Shown here: one piece after another, positions 28,610-38,405 of the stretch
Layout: each line of letters begins with the position of its first letter
Numbering within the stretch: the stretch's first letter is position 1
Assembly: GCA_965216295.1 (NCBI GenBank)
Contig: OZ244141.1
Span: 429,772-493,771, forward strand
Direction: 5' to 3'
DNA: 64,000 bases
DNA from: Minisyncoccota bacterium
GTDB lineage: Bacteria; Patescibacteriota; Minisyncoccia; Phycocordibacterales; JABAAK01
Program-made: the position numbers and the translations under genes
Notes under the pieces: model-generated
The model's database searches: none
What the model saw: the letters and a program-made list of their open reading frames with translations, nothing else
What the model was told of the DNA's origin: nothing

Positions 28610-29329
28610 ATGGAATCACTCCTTTTTGCGTCATTTGTTGCCGGGTTTCTCACTGTCCTTGCACCATGCCTTCTACCCCTTCTGCCAGTTGTCATCGGTG
28701 GAAGTTTAGTTGGTGGTAACAAAAGGAATCCATATATTATTATCGGTTCACTCCTCTTATCGGTTGTCCTCTTCACACTTATCATTGAAGGGCTTTCACT
28801 ACTCTTCTATATACCGCCATATATCTGGAGTTATATTGCAGCAACTCTCGTCTTACTCGTCGGTCTCTCGTTCCTTGCTCCATCGCTTTGGACAAACCTA
28901 CCTTTTATACGAAAACTTGCTAACAAATCTAACACGACACTAGGGAAAGGTACACAACGAAAAGGAATTCTTGGTGATGTGACAATCGGTGCTTCACTAG
29001 GTCCTGCTTTCTCTTCGTGCAGTCCAACATTTCTCATTATCCTTGCCATCGTACTACCAAGAGGATTTTTTGAAGGATTACTCTACCTCATCGTGTATGC
29101 CCTTGGGTTGGGTGTTGTCCTTCTCTTTATTGCCCTTCTCGGACAAAAAGCAATAGAGAAGTTGAATATTTTTGCAGATGGAGGCGGGTGGTTCAAAAAA
29201 ATCATGGGTATCATCATGATTATCATTGCTATTATGATTTACGCTGGTTTTGATAAGACAGTTGGTTCTCTTCTATTAGACATTGGTCTCTTTGATACAA
29301 CACAACTTGAGTTGATGGTACAACCGTAG
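28610..29329 (+). CDS. ccdA: cytochrome c biogenesis / DsbD-type transmembrane electron transporter CcdA
   Basis: Polytopic membrane protein with the FLTVLAPCLLPLLP conserved-Cys helix. A second Cys lies in FSSCSPTFL. Paired with the upstream thioredoxin-like gene. Confidence 0.65.
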   Translation: MESLLFASFVAGFLTVLAPCLLPLLPVVIGGSLVGGNKRNPYIIIGSLLLSVVLFTLIIEGLSLLFYIPPYIWSYIAATLVLLVGLSFLAPSLWTNLPFIRKLANKSNTTLGKGTQRKGILGDVTIGASLGPAFSSCSPTFLIILAIVLPRGFFEGLLYLIVYALGLGVVLLFIALLGQKAIEKLNIFADGGGWFKKIMGIIMIIIAIMIYAGFDKTVGSLLLDIGLFDTTQLELMVQP

Positions 29330-29379
29330 AAGTAATAGATTTCTAGAGAAACTCTGTAAACGTGTGATATTCTGCAGGT

Positions 29380-30234
29380 ATGGATATTCATAAAAAGGTG
29401 CTTTTGGGGGCTGTAGCACTCACCATCACCATCCTTCTTCTTCTTGGATTTATCTATATTATCATCAGTGACGATACGTTTGAACCAGGAGGAAGTAAGA
29501 TCAATAAAGAACCGCTTAATATTGATATCACAGGAAACATCCGTAGTGGTGATATCACTCCCGAACTAACAAAAGAGACTGACGAAACAAAAACACCACC
29601 AGCAACACTCACTATCCGTGAAACCATCTCACCTTTTGATGAAGTTGAGACAGCGGAGATTCTTGACACACTACCTGATGGACAAGTAGCGTATCGTGTT
29701 TGGTACAACGCCTCATGGAGCAAGGAGACTCATCCCGACTGGTTCCCCCTAGGAGCCCACCTCTCACCAATGGTTGCTTGGACACAGGTACGAAAAAACA
29801 CCATCTTTACCATTGGTAAAAAAGCCAGTGCTGGTATGGAAGAGATGGCAGAGACAGGTGCGCCCATAGCACTCACCGAAGAGTTAGATCGTCTCCGCAA
29901 AGATAAGTTGCTTGTGGACTATGCCATCGGTTCACTCATTAATGCCCCTGGCTCTGACGAAGTAGTCATTACTGCCTCACAGGCAGCATCAATAGTATCA
30001 GTGGTGAGTATGGTTGCACCCTCCCCTGATTGGTTTATCACCGCTCATAATATACCTCTCTATGAAAATGGTGAGTGGAAAGATTTCATTGAAGTTCACG
30101 CAACACTCTATGACGCTGGAACCGATGAAGGAAAAAAGTTTCGATCGTTGAATAAAGATAGTGAGGATGTTATTAAACTGTATCGGTCAGATCTTCCACC
30201 AATCGCATCGTTCTACTTCATCCGCGTAAAATAG
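29380..30234 (+). CDS. secreted/anchored Spondin_N-like domain protein
   Basis: N-terminal TM. YRVWYNASWSKETHPDWFPLGAHLSPMVAWTQ resembles the WS-ETHP...AHfSP core of the spondin N-terminal domain. Confidence 0.4.
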   Translation: MDIHKKVLLGAVALTITILLLLGFIYIIISDDTFEPGGSKINKEPLNIDITGNIRSGDITPELTKETDETKTPPATLTIRETISPFDEVETAEILDTLPDGQVAYRVWYNASWSKETHPDWFPLGAHLSPMVAWTQVRKNTIFTIGKKASAGMEEMAETGAPIALTEELDRLRKDKLLVDYAIGSLINAPGSDEVVITASQAASIVSVVSMVAPSPDWFITAHNIPLYENGEWKDFIEVHATLYDAGTDEGKKFRSLNKDSEDVIKLYRSDLPPIASFYFIRVK

Positions 30235-31606
30235 TGTGTAGTGCTGTACGAACAATCTCACGTTCATTCCACGCTATTGTTCCCTGTGCTGTTTTAGCAG
30301 TCACCTCAACTCCCTTCCCCGCAATGAGAACAACATCACCTGGCTTGGCATACTCCAAGGCACAGTGTATTGCTTTCTGACGATCCACCTCAGTTTGATA
30401 TGTACCAGTAGTCACCCGTTTTGCCCCTATTACCATGGCATCAAGTATCTCAGAGGGATCATCAAACTCTGGGTCGTTCTGTGTGAAAATAGTGATGTCA
30501 CTTAATTTCCGAGCAATCATACCCATCTCTTTTGCATTAAATCGCCATCTCCCACCACCAACAGCACCAACTAACGAGATAAGTCTACCTCCCTTGCGGA
30601 CATACTTTCGTGCTGCTTGAAGTGCACATCGCACACTGAGTGGTTCATGGGCGTAATCAAGTAACACCGAAAACGACTGTCCCTCCTTAAGTAACTCCAT
30701 ACGACCAGGAAGTTGTAGTCGTGCAAGTGTCTCTACGATTGTTTCTGGAGAGGTGTTTGGATAGTATCGTTGGGCAAGGATAATGGCAGGAAGGACATTT
30801 TGTATAGCAAAGGTACCCACTGTACCAATGCGGTACTCCACACCATCAACAGTAAAAACAGTTGTGCCAATGATATTTCCAACCTCTCGAACTACCGCCC
30901 TCACTTCAGATTTTTCGCCAACACCGAACCGTATACGAGTGACATCTTTTGTGTCAACGAGTTGTAGAAAATGTTCTGCATGATTGTCATCAGCGTTGAC
31001 TAAAACAAAACGGTCTATCGTTTTGCTATCAAGACACTTCTTTACCTTCTTACCAAATTGTTGAAAGAGGCGTCCTTTCGTATCCCTATACTTTTCAAAT
31101 GTCTTATGTGTCTGTAAGTGTTCTGGAGATAGGTTGGTAAAAACGAGAGCGTCATAGGTAATACCAAAATTTCTAAACTGTCGAATTCCTTCAGATGTTG
31201 TCTCAACAACAACAAACTGACAATTTGTATCAACCATTTTGCGAAGTTGCTGTTGTACAAAAAAACGACCTGGCATGGTCATATGGTGAGTATTCTGTAT
31301 CTTCACCCCTCCTGTACTAAATGCCGCTGTCGAGAGCAATCCAACCTGTGCACCAACGGCGGTCAATGTATCGTGTATAGCAATTGCGGTTGATGTTTTA
31401 CCCTTTGTGCCGGTAACACCAATGACAATGAGTTTGTTTGATGGAAAACGGTATATGAGTAATGAAAAAAGAGAAAGTATAAAATGGTATCCAAGGAGTA
31501 TCCACTCGGGTATGTAGGTAATGATACATCCTCTTATTTTCTGGAGAAAAGTCATAGACAGCGACAGTGTAGCACGGTACCAGTGGTATATCACCTGTAC
31601 AAACAA
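30218..31606 (-). CDS. murE: Mur ligase, MurE-like (UDP-MurNAc-tripeptide synthetase)
   Basis: P-loop GVTGTKGKTST, a DYAHEP motif, and C-terminal NDPEFDDP resembling the MurE DNPR.EDP motif. The N-terminal TM segment is unusual. Confidence 0.65.
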   Translation of the reverse strand: MFVQVIYHWYRATLSLSMTFLQKIRGCIITYIPEWILLGYHFILSLFSLLIYRFPSNKLIVIGVTGTKGKTSTAIAIHDTLTAVGAQVGLLSTAAFSTGGVKIQNTHHMTMPGRFFVQQQLRKMVDTNCQFVVVETTSEGIRQFRNFGITYDALVFTNLSPEHLQTHKTFEKYRDTKGRLFQQFGKKVKKCLDSKTIDRFVLVNADDNHAEHFLQLVDTKDVTRIRFGVGEKSEVRAVVREVGNIIGTTVFTVDGVEYRIGTVGTFAIQNVLPAIILAQRYYPNTSPETIVETLARLQLPGRMELLKEGQSFSVLLDYAHEPLSVRCALQAARKYVRKGGRLISLVGAVGGGRWRFNAKEMGMIARKLSDITIFTQNDPEFDDPSEILDAMVIGAKRVTTGTYQTEVDRQKAIHCALEYAKPGDVVLIAGKGVEVTAKTAQGTIAWNEREIVRTALHTILRG

Positions 31607-31675
31607 CAGTATTTGGAGCGAATATATGACAAATCAGGGTACATCACAAAAGATATACCCTGATATAAAAACAGA

Positions 31676-32122
31676 CTAAGACACTTTGGATAACTCAAAA
31701 GCCATTGTTTTTTGCTGCACTTTAAAATCAGCATTAAACAAGGCATATGAGAAAGATTGACGAACTTTCAAACCTTTAATGCAAATCCAAAAAGCTTTTA
31801 TTAAACAATCGTGTTTAACATACAAAGACTCCCATGCTTCAACACCTTTCAGGGGAGAAACAGCAGAGTCATAATTGCTATCACTAAACCAACGATCACC
31901 ATGATGACCAAAGAGTTTATAAGTAATCTTAAGAAATTTTTCCCTATTGTCTTTATTGACAAAGTAAACTATTCCACAATTATGTAACAACAATAAACGA
32001 AAAAGAAACTCTTCTTCCTCTTTGAATTCTGGTAAATCATCAAGAGTACAACGAAGGATTTCAATCTCTCTGGATGCTAACTGCCAATTTGTCTGTTTTA
32101 TTCTTTCTGTTAAGGTTTTCAT
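31676..32122 (-). CDS. hypothetical protein
   Basis: 148-aa ORF with no recognisable motifs. Confidence 0.35.
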   Translation of the reverse strand: MKTLTERIKQTNWQLASREIEILRCTLDDLPEFKEEEEFLFRLLLLHNCGIVYFVNKDNREKFLKITYKLFGHHGDRWFSDSNYDSAVSPLKGVEAWESLYVKHDCLIKAFWICIKGLKVRQSFSYALFNADFKVQQKTMAFELSKVS

Positions 32123-32286
32123 ACTATCACACCTCCCTCAACGCTATATATAAAGATGGAATTCAGGACAGCCAATCTGTCCATATATTCACTCCAACCA
32201 AAAGCAGTATATGGAGTTCTATTTGATTCGTCAAATTTTTGAAATAAAAAATGCTTTAATATAGAGATATTCTTTCACCATGATAC

Positions 32287-33498
32287 TCAGGATAACTTTT
32301 CTCTCTTTTTGCGATGTTTTCTGATGGCGAAACGATGTGCCTCAGCATTGCTGTGTAATATTTCCTCTTCCCGTGCGTGTGCATAATTTTTCGCACCAAG
32401 TATTTCTCTTGGTTTGTGTCGCTTATCTTTTACCACTGAAACGATAGGAATGCTCATGCCCATATCACGACAAACATTCTCTACTGCTGCTAACTGTGCG
32501 TTACCACCATCAACAACGATGAGATTAGGATACTGCCATTCACCGTGTCGAAATCGACGAGTGACCACTTCTTTCAACGCCCCCACGTCATCCTGTTTTT
32601 TTGCCCATCGTATATCAAAGGTACGATACTCTGATGGTTGTGGTTCACCATTAATAGAAACTACCATAACGCCAACAGTATCTTGTCCTTGTAGGTGGGC
32701 AATATCGTACGCCTCAGTACGAAAATGCTCTTCACCACCTTCTGCAAACTCCCTCTTAATGAGTGATGCGTCTCGTATGTGTTTGAGGGAAAAGATCCTT
32801 TTCTGTAACTCTTCCGCTTGTTCAAATCGCTCTTCTTTTGCATATTGCTTCATTTGCTTTTCAAGCATCGTAATGAGTCGTTTTTTCTTTCCTTCAAAAA
32901 GTAATCGTATCTCTCGTATCCGTTGTGTATATGCACTTTTGGACATATTTCCATGACACACACCAGGACAGAGACCGAGTTGTGCGTTAAAGCATGCCTT
33001 ACCACGTTGTGGTGTACAGGTGTCACGGTATGGTAGTAGTTTACGAATGATACGCATTGCTTCAGTGAGAACACCACCTTGTGGAAACGGTCCATAGAGG
33101 GAACGACATGGGTTTGTCTTTTTTTTCGCAAGCTCCCTTCCACGAATTTTCATGACACGAGGAAATTCTTCATTGGTAATACAGACGAAATAAAAACTCT
33201 TATTTGATTTTTCCCTTACATTGTAGAGCGGTTGATATTTTTTTATAATATTCGCCTCAAGCACTAGCGCATCAAGTATTGAATCTGTTTCTATTGTCTC
33301 AACCTTCTTTGCCTTATCCAACATATCAGCGATGCGCACCCCACGATCGTGTGTCAGGCGTGATGAAAAATAACTTCGTATGCGATCACGAAGACACGCT
33401 GCCTTCCCAACATAGAGCACTGCTCGTCGTGCCCCACGAAAGACATAGACACCTGGTGTATCAGGCAATTGTTTAAAATCGACTTCATCTCGATGCAT
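32287..33498 (-). CDS. uvrC: excinuclease ABC subunit C, short form (GIY-YIG, UVR and RNaseH-like endonuclease domains; no HhH)
   Basis: GIY-YIG GVYVFRGARRAVLYVGKA, UVR motif EERFEQAEELQKRIFSLKHI and a C-terminal IVVDGGNAQL endonuclease block. Confidence 0.8.
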   Translation of the reverse strand: MHRDEVDFKQLPDTPGVYVFRGARRAVLYVGKAACLRDRIRSYFSSRLTHDRGVRIADMLDKAKKVETIETDSILDALVLEANIIKKYQPLYNVREKSNKSFYFVCITNEEFPRVMKIRGRELAKKKTNPCRSLYGPFPQGGVLTEAMRIIRKLLPYRDTCTPQRGKACFNAQLGLCPGVCHGNMSKSAYTQRIREIRLLFEGKKKRLITMLEKQMKQYAKEERFEQAEELQKRIFSLKHIRDASLIKREFAEGGEEHFRTEAYDIAHLQGQDTVGVMVVSINGEPQPSEYRTFDIRWAKKQDDVGALKEVVTRRFRHGEWQYPNLIVVDGGNAQLAAVENVCRDMGMSIPIVSVVKDKRHKPREILGAKNYAHAREEEILHSNAEAHRFAIRKHRKKREKLS

Positions 33499-33520
33499 GT
33501 ATGTACCGTACCTTACTACA

Positions 33521-33562
33521 AAAAAATGTGCACAGACACGGTATCGCTACCGTGTCTGTGCA
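33521..33562 (-). terminator. intrinsic terminator (15-bp perfect stem, 4-nt loop, U7 on the minus strand)
   Basis: tgcacagacacggta-tcgc-taccgtgtctgtgca at 33529-33562. The aaaaaaa at 33521-33527 gives a U-tract on the minus strand. Confidence 0.75.
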
Positions 33563-33569
33563 TTAGACA

Positions 33570-33752
33570 TCAAACTTTTAAACAAAGATCAAAAGAATTT
33601 CGACCCTTTCTATAATACTCGGTTTGCACCCGATGATAACCACTCCCACTGAGATGTGCATGATGTCCACGAGAAACTTTCTTCAGTCTATCACTAGACC
33701 GCTGCTCCCCTTTAGGAAAACGTATCCTAGATACCCTTCTCTTTCGACTCAT
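33570..33752 (-). CDS. small basic protein (60 aa), possibly RNA-binding
   Basis: MSRKRRVSRIRFPKGEQR is Lys/Arg rich. A strong intrinsic terminator follows immediately, which supports a real transcription unit. Confidence 0.35.
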   Translation of the reverse strand: MSRKRRVSRIRFPKGEQRSSDRLKKVSRGHHAHLSGSGYHRVQTEYYRKGRNSFDLCLKV

Positions 33753-33834
33753 TTGTTTGTACCTCCTAAAATTAACAAAGTGAATGTTCTAAAGAACAAA
33801 AATATTATACTATGTTATATAAATAAGTCAAGAT

Positions 33835-36474
33835 TCACTTGAGCGCCCTCTTTAAATAAGGGGCGGTCTGTGATTTTGCGATTGTGGCAACCTCTTCTGG
33901 TGTTCCTGTCGCAATAACCTTACCTCCTCGAACACCGCCCTCTAACCCAAGATCAATGAGGTAATCAGCTGATTTGATAACGTCCATATTGTGCTCAATG
34001 ATAACAGCCGTGTTACCACGATCGACAAGGCAATTGATAATGCCAATGAGTCGTTGGACGTCGTCATAGTGTAATCCAACCGTTGGTTCATCAAGTAAGT
34101 ATATTGTCTTTCGTGTGTATGGTCGGTATAACTCAGCAGCAAGCTTTACCCGTTGTGCTTCTCCACCAGAAAGCGTCGTCGATGACTGCCCCAATGCTAA
34201 GTATCCCAAGCCAACATCAACCAATGCCTGTAGTCTTTCATGAATTGCTGGAACATCTTGAAAGAAATCGGCAGCCGTATCAACTTGCATCGTTAAGACG
34301 TCATTAATGTTTTTCCCCCGATACGCAATATCAAGAACTTCTTTCGTGAAACGCTTACCACGACAGACGTCACAGGTGATAAAAACAGTTGGTAAAAAAT
34401 GCATTTCAACAGCAACAAACCCATTACCACTACATCGTTCACATCGACCACCAGGGACATTAAATGAAAAACGACTTGGTTTCCATCCTCGGTACCGTGC
34501 GTCTTCGGTATATGCAAAGAGATCACGGATATGGGTGAACGCGCCAACGTATGTCACTGGTGTTGATCGAGGAGTCCTCCCTATTGGTGACTGACTGACA
34601 AGTACCGCTCTATCAAGATATTCATATCCCGTAAATGTTTTTACATCATATACTTTTTTTGTCGTTTGACTATGTATCAATTTCGCCTGTAAATTTTTAT
34701 GTAAAATATTGTACAGCAATGTTGATTTGCCAGAACCAGAAACACCAGTAATGACTGTGATTCTTCCTAGTGGCACTTTCACATTGATATTTTGTAAATT
34801 ATTTGCGTGAGCGCCAGCAACTTGAAGCATTCCTTTTGAGGCAGTGCGACGACTGTCTGGCACTGGTATCTGTATTTCACCACGAAGGTACGCGAGTGTT
34901 CTTGACTGGGTTTTGTTTTCCTTTGCCGTCAAGAGTTTTTGCAAGAACCCTGAGGCAACTATAGTGCCTCCCGTTATTCCAGCACCAGGTCCAATATCAA
35001 CAATATAATCAGCATGGAAAATAGTGTTCTCGTCATGTTCAACAACAATGATAGTGTTACCTGCATCTCGTAATTGCAGGAGTGTCTCAATTAAACGATC
35101 ATTATCTCTTTGATGTAATCCAATGGTTGGTTCATCAAGAACATAGAGTGCACCAACCAATCCAGAACCAAGTTGTGACGCAAGGCGAATACGCTGTGCT
35201 TCTCCACCAGAGAGTGTATTTGCCTTACGATCAAGGGTAAGATAACCAAGTCCAACGTTAAGCATAAATTGTATACGATTCACAATTTCATTAAATAGTG
35301 GTTTTGCAATCTTCTCAGACCGATCTGTCAATGATAATCGGTCAAAAAATACCCTACTCTCTTCAATGGAAAGTTTGATAACATCAATGATACTCTTCCT
35401 CTTTTTCCCTGTACCAATGTAAACCGCCAGTGCCTCTGGTCGAAGTCGTGCACCGTGGCAGGTGACACAAGCATCATCAATGAGCATATCGACCTGTCCA
35501 AGTCCGTTACATGCTGGGCAAGCACCGTGTGGTGAATTAAAAGAAAAAAGTCGAGGTTCAACTTCTGGGAAAGAAAAACCACATTTTGGGCAAAGGAAGT
35601 GAGAAGAGATAATCTGTTCGTCACCAACCGGATATGCTAATCGAACCAATCCATTCGCTTCATGTATTGATCGTTCAACTGCATCTGAGAGCCGTTCTCG
35701 AAAAACTTTTGGATTTTTTGCAAACTCACTGACAAAAATAGTATCAACAACAATATCAATATCGTGTTTTTTATGAAGTGCAAGTTTAATTTGTCGTCGT
35801 AGATTGTACGTCGTGCCGTCAATACGAACCTGTTCGTACCCACGGTGTAACAGGTCGTATAAGAGTTGGTAGTACTCACCCTTTCTCCCTACAACAATAG
35901 GGGCATAGACGGTGATTGTTCTATCATTGTATGACACTCCAACCAACTTCTTACTTTTCTCTAACCAGCCAGACTGTACTATTTGTTTTTCAACCTGTTT
36001 GATGATTTCTTCTTGAGAAACACGGTCAATGACACAATCACATTTGGGACAGTGTGGAACACCAACACGAGCAAAAAGAACACGAAGATAATCGTATATC
36101 TCAGTAATCGTTGCAACTGTTGATCGTGGGTTATTTGATCTGTTTTTTTGGTCGATAGAGATAGCGGGTGAGAGTCCAGTAATTTCATCAACTTCTGGTT
36201 TCTGCATCTGTCGTAAAAATTGTCTTGCATACGCTGACAAGGATTCAATGTACCGTCGCTGCCCTTCTGCAAATATGGTATCAAAAGCAAGCGATGATTT
36301 TCCAGACCCAGACAAACCCGTTATAACTGTCAAACTGTCGCGCGGTATGGTAACATCAATATTTTTTAGGTTATGTGTCTTTGCTCCCTTAATAACAATA
36401 GAATTATCACCATGTTTTTGAGGTGAAGAACGAAGCATACTTAGCATTATATATCCTTCTGGAGCACGGAGCAA
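33835..36474 (-). CDS. uvrA: excinuclease ABC subunit A
   Basis: [59 protein letters not shown] is the canonical UvrA N-terminus. Two ABC modules are present. The true start is probably an internal Met near 36438. Confidence 0.95.
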   Translation of the reverse strand: MLRAPEGYIMLSMLRSSPQKHGDNSIVIKGAKTHNLKNIDVTIPRDSLTVITGLSGSGKSSLAFDTIFAEGQRRYIESLSAYARQFLRQMQKPEVDEITGLSPAISIDQKNRSNNPRSTVATITEIYDYLRVLFARVGVPHCPKCDCVIDRVSQEEIIKQVEKQIVQSGWLEKSKKLVGVSYNDRTITVYAPIVVGRKGEYYQLLYDLLHRGYEQVRIDGTTYNLRRQIKLALHKKHDIDIVVDTIFVSEFAKNPKVFRERLSDAVERSIHEANGLVRLAYPVGDEQIISSHFLCPKCGFSFPEVEPRLFSFNSPHGACPACNGLGQVDMLIDDACVTCHGARLRPEALAVYIGTGKKRKSIIDVIKLSIEESRVFFDRLSLTDRSEKIAKPLFNEIVNRIQFMLNVGLGYLTLDRKANTLSGGEAQRIRLASQLGSGLVGALYVLDEPTIGLHQRDNDRLIETLLQLRDAGNTIIVVEHDENTIFHADYIVDIGPGAGITGGTIVASGFLQKLLTAKENKTQSRTLAYLRGEIQIPVPDSRRTASKGMLQVAGAHANNLQNINVKVPLGRITVITGVSGSGKSTLLYNILHKNLQAKLIHSQTTKKVYDVKTFTGYEYLDRAVLVSQSPIGRTPRSTPVTYVGAFTHIRDLFAYTEDARYRGWKPSRFSFNVPGGRCERCSGNGFVAVEMHFLPTVFITCDVCRGKRFTKEVLDIAYRGKNINDVLTMQVDTAADFFQDVPAIHERLQALVDVGLGYLALGQSSTTLSGGEAQRVKLAAELYRPYTRKTIYLLDEPTVGLHYDDVQRLIGIINCLVDRGNTAVIIEHNMDVIKSADYLIDLGLEGGVRGGKVIATGTPEEVATIAKSQTAPYLKRALK

Positions 36475-36584
36475 TAACTATACCCTCCAAACGTCAAAGA
36501 GTGCTAATGATGGGATGGATGGCTTGTAGGAGGGGTAATTGTATGCAATTTGACACAATCATTTTATACAAGTATTATGAATAT

Positions 36585-36668
36585 GGAAATGCAGTTGCCC
36601 TTTGTTTAGGGCTTCTGGCGTTTTTTGGAAATGCAGTTGTCCTTTGTTTGGGGCTTCTGCTTTTAAGT
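36585..36668. repeat. 42-bp tandem duplication (2 copies)
   Basis: ggaaatgcagttg(c/t)cctttgttt(a/g)gggcttctg... is repeated head-to-tail in the uvrA / membrane-protein divergent region. Confidence 0.8.
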
Positions 36669-36680
36669 TTACTATTTCTC

Positions 36681-37790
36681 ATGGAGGATGATGAAATGAA
36701 AGAACATATTATTAAAACAGACTGGGTTCCACTAGTACGCGACCACTATCGTCCACAGCGACACACAATCGGTATCTTCCTTTGGGTAAGTGTTACTGTT
36801 ATTGCAGCAGTGCTTTACTTTTTTCTCCCTATTGGGGAAAAAATACCATTTGTTGTGCCTTTTTTCTCTGGAGTTGATATCACTACCTTTCTAGGTAAGC
36901 ACGCTGTTGTGCCAATTCCACCAGAAAAGTATATGTTAACTGGATTTGTTGTATCAACACTACTATTGTTATTATCATTCTTTCTGTTCAATAAAATGAC
37001 AGAAAGGATACAACAAGGGTATATCTCTGTTTCTGTGAGCTTTATAAGTTTACTAGCGATGGTGTATCTCACAGCAGGAATGTATTTCAACGAAAGTCAG
37101 TGGTTTGGTGAAAATATCAACGGTCTAGTTGGTATCACATTTGGTAATATAGTATTACCTTCTATTCTGCTACTGTTGTATATACATGTTTTACTGACAC
37201 TGAAATTCACATTAATATTTAGGCGGAGGTGTCGGTTTATCAACAATCTTGCTACCGTTTCTAAAAACACGATCTTGTGCTTTGAGGAACTTAATCTGAC
37301 CTTACAGCAAGAATGTGATAAGATGTGGTCTCGTTCTAAATGGAAAGGCTACAAACGGTACTTAATACTGTCAATATTCAAACTTGCAGAGATGGAGTAC
37401 TTACTGAATAAGTCAGAAAAAATCTTCAAGAAAAAGACAGGGCTTCTCTTAAAACAAAGAGGTGAATTTAAACTTAGAAAAGAGAAGCTTTCTAACGCAG
37501 TTTCTGAATTTAACAGAGATTATGGAGTGGCAAGGAGAGATGGTAATGTAAAAACACCTCCCTCCCAACCTCTCACAGACAGTGGTAAGGAAAGAAAGTA
37601 TCCCGTCTTTACGGAAGAGATACAACAGGAACAACAACCTAAAATATCTCCCAAACCTCAAAAGGTCAAGAATGAGAGAGCTGCCGTATTAAGCACGCCC
37701 CCTCCTTCTCAAAAACCTCAAGAGGTGCCCGTTCAGCGGGCAAAGACGAATGATAGGAGTTCATTAAAAATTGAAGCTTGTAATCCCTAG
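36681..37790 (+). CDS. hypothetical membrane protein with Lys/Pro/Gln-rich cytoplasmic tail
   Basis: About four TM helices followed by a low-complexity tail (PPSQPL...PKPQKVK...PPPSQKPQE). The start is ambiguous; the track ORF begins at 36423, which would overlap uvrA and would encode the 42-bp duplication. Confidence 0.45.
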   Translation: MEDDEMKEHIIKTDWVPLVRDHYRPQRHTIGIFLWVSVTVIAAVLYFFLPIGEKIPFVVPFFSGVDITTFLGKHAVVPIPPEKYMLTGFVVSTLLLLLSFFLFNKMTERIQQGYISVSVSFISLLAMVYLTAGMYFNESQWFGENINGLVGITFGNIVLPSILLLLYIHVLLTLKFTLIFRRRCRFINNLATVSKNTILCFEELNLTLQQECDKMWSRSKWKGYKRYLILSIFKLAEMEYLLNKSEKIFKKKTGLLLKQRGEFKLRKEKLSNAVSEFNRDYGVARRDGNVKTPPSQPLTDSGKERKYPVFTEEIQQEQQPKISPKPQKVKNERAAVLSTPPPSQKPQEVPVQRAKTNDRSSLKIEACNP

Positions 37791-37801
37791 GGATGCATAC
37801 A

Positions 37802-37841
37802 ATCACCCAAGTTGATTAATCAGCTTGGGTGATATTTTTTT
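37802..37841 (+). terminator. intrinsic terminator (10-bp stem plus T8)
   Basis: atcacccaag-ttgattaatcag-cttgggtgat, then atttttttat. Sits between two convergent genes. Confidence 0.7.
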
Positions 37842-37853
37842 ATAAAAAGTAGA

Positions 37854-38348
37854 CTACTCTTTCTTTTCGATATCATTTAAAAAAGGACCACGACGAGCTG
37901 CCAGCCCTGCCAAATCATCGGCGGTTTCATTTCCCTCTTCATTGCTATGCCCTTTCACCCAGTGCCATTGAACCGTATCATTATTGAGTTCATCAAGCTC
38001 TTTCCAAAGATCAATATTCTTTACCTTTGCTTTTTTTGTACGCCCATACTTAGTAACCTGTTCACGTTGCCACCCTTGCTTTTTCCATTGCGACACCCAC
38101 TCAACCATACCTCGACGAACATACTGACTATCAGTATAGATAGCAATGGGTTCACCCATCTTTCCATACTTTTTGAGCGCCTCAATACATGCACGCATTT
38201 CCATACGATTATTAGTCGTATGACGATACCCATGACGAATGGTAGACATGATGGCATTGCCACGATATGCCACAACACCGATGCCACCAGGACCAGGGTT
38301 TCCTAAACACGATCCATCAGTAAAAATGGTAATTCCCTCAGAACTCAT
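37854..38348 (-). CDS. rnhA: ribonuclease HI
   Basis: IFTDGSCLGNPGPGG, IYTDSQY and VQWHWVKGHSNEEGNETADDLA place the DEDD residues as in RNase H. Confidence 0.9.
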   Translation of the reverse strand: MSSEGITIFTDGSCLGNPGPGGIGVVAYRGNAIMSTIRHGYRHTTNNRMEMRACIEALKKYGKMGEPIAIYTDSQYVRRGMVEWVSQWKKQGWQREQVTKYGRTKKAKVKNIDLWKELDELNNDTVQWHWVKGHSNEEGNETADDLAGLAARRGPFLNDIEKKE

Positions 38349-38405
38349 GTGGTATATGTTACATGCAGTATAGCGTATTGTTTCATTAGAAGCGAGAGCT
38401 CCTCA

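Noticed and set aside
36423-36680. Long N-terminal extension of the plus-strand membrane protein overlapping the uvrA start
   Set aside because: It overlaps the divergent uvrA 5' end and contains the 42-bp duplication. The start at 36681 is preferred but not proven.
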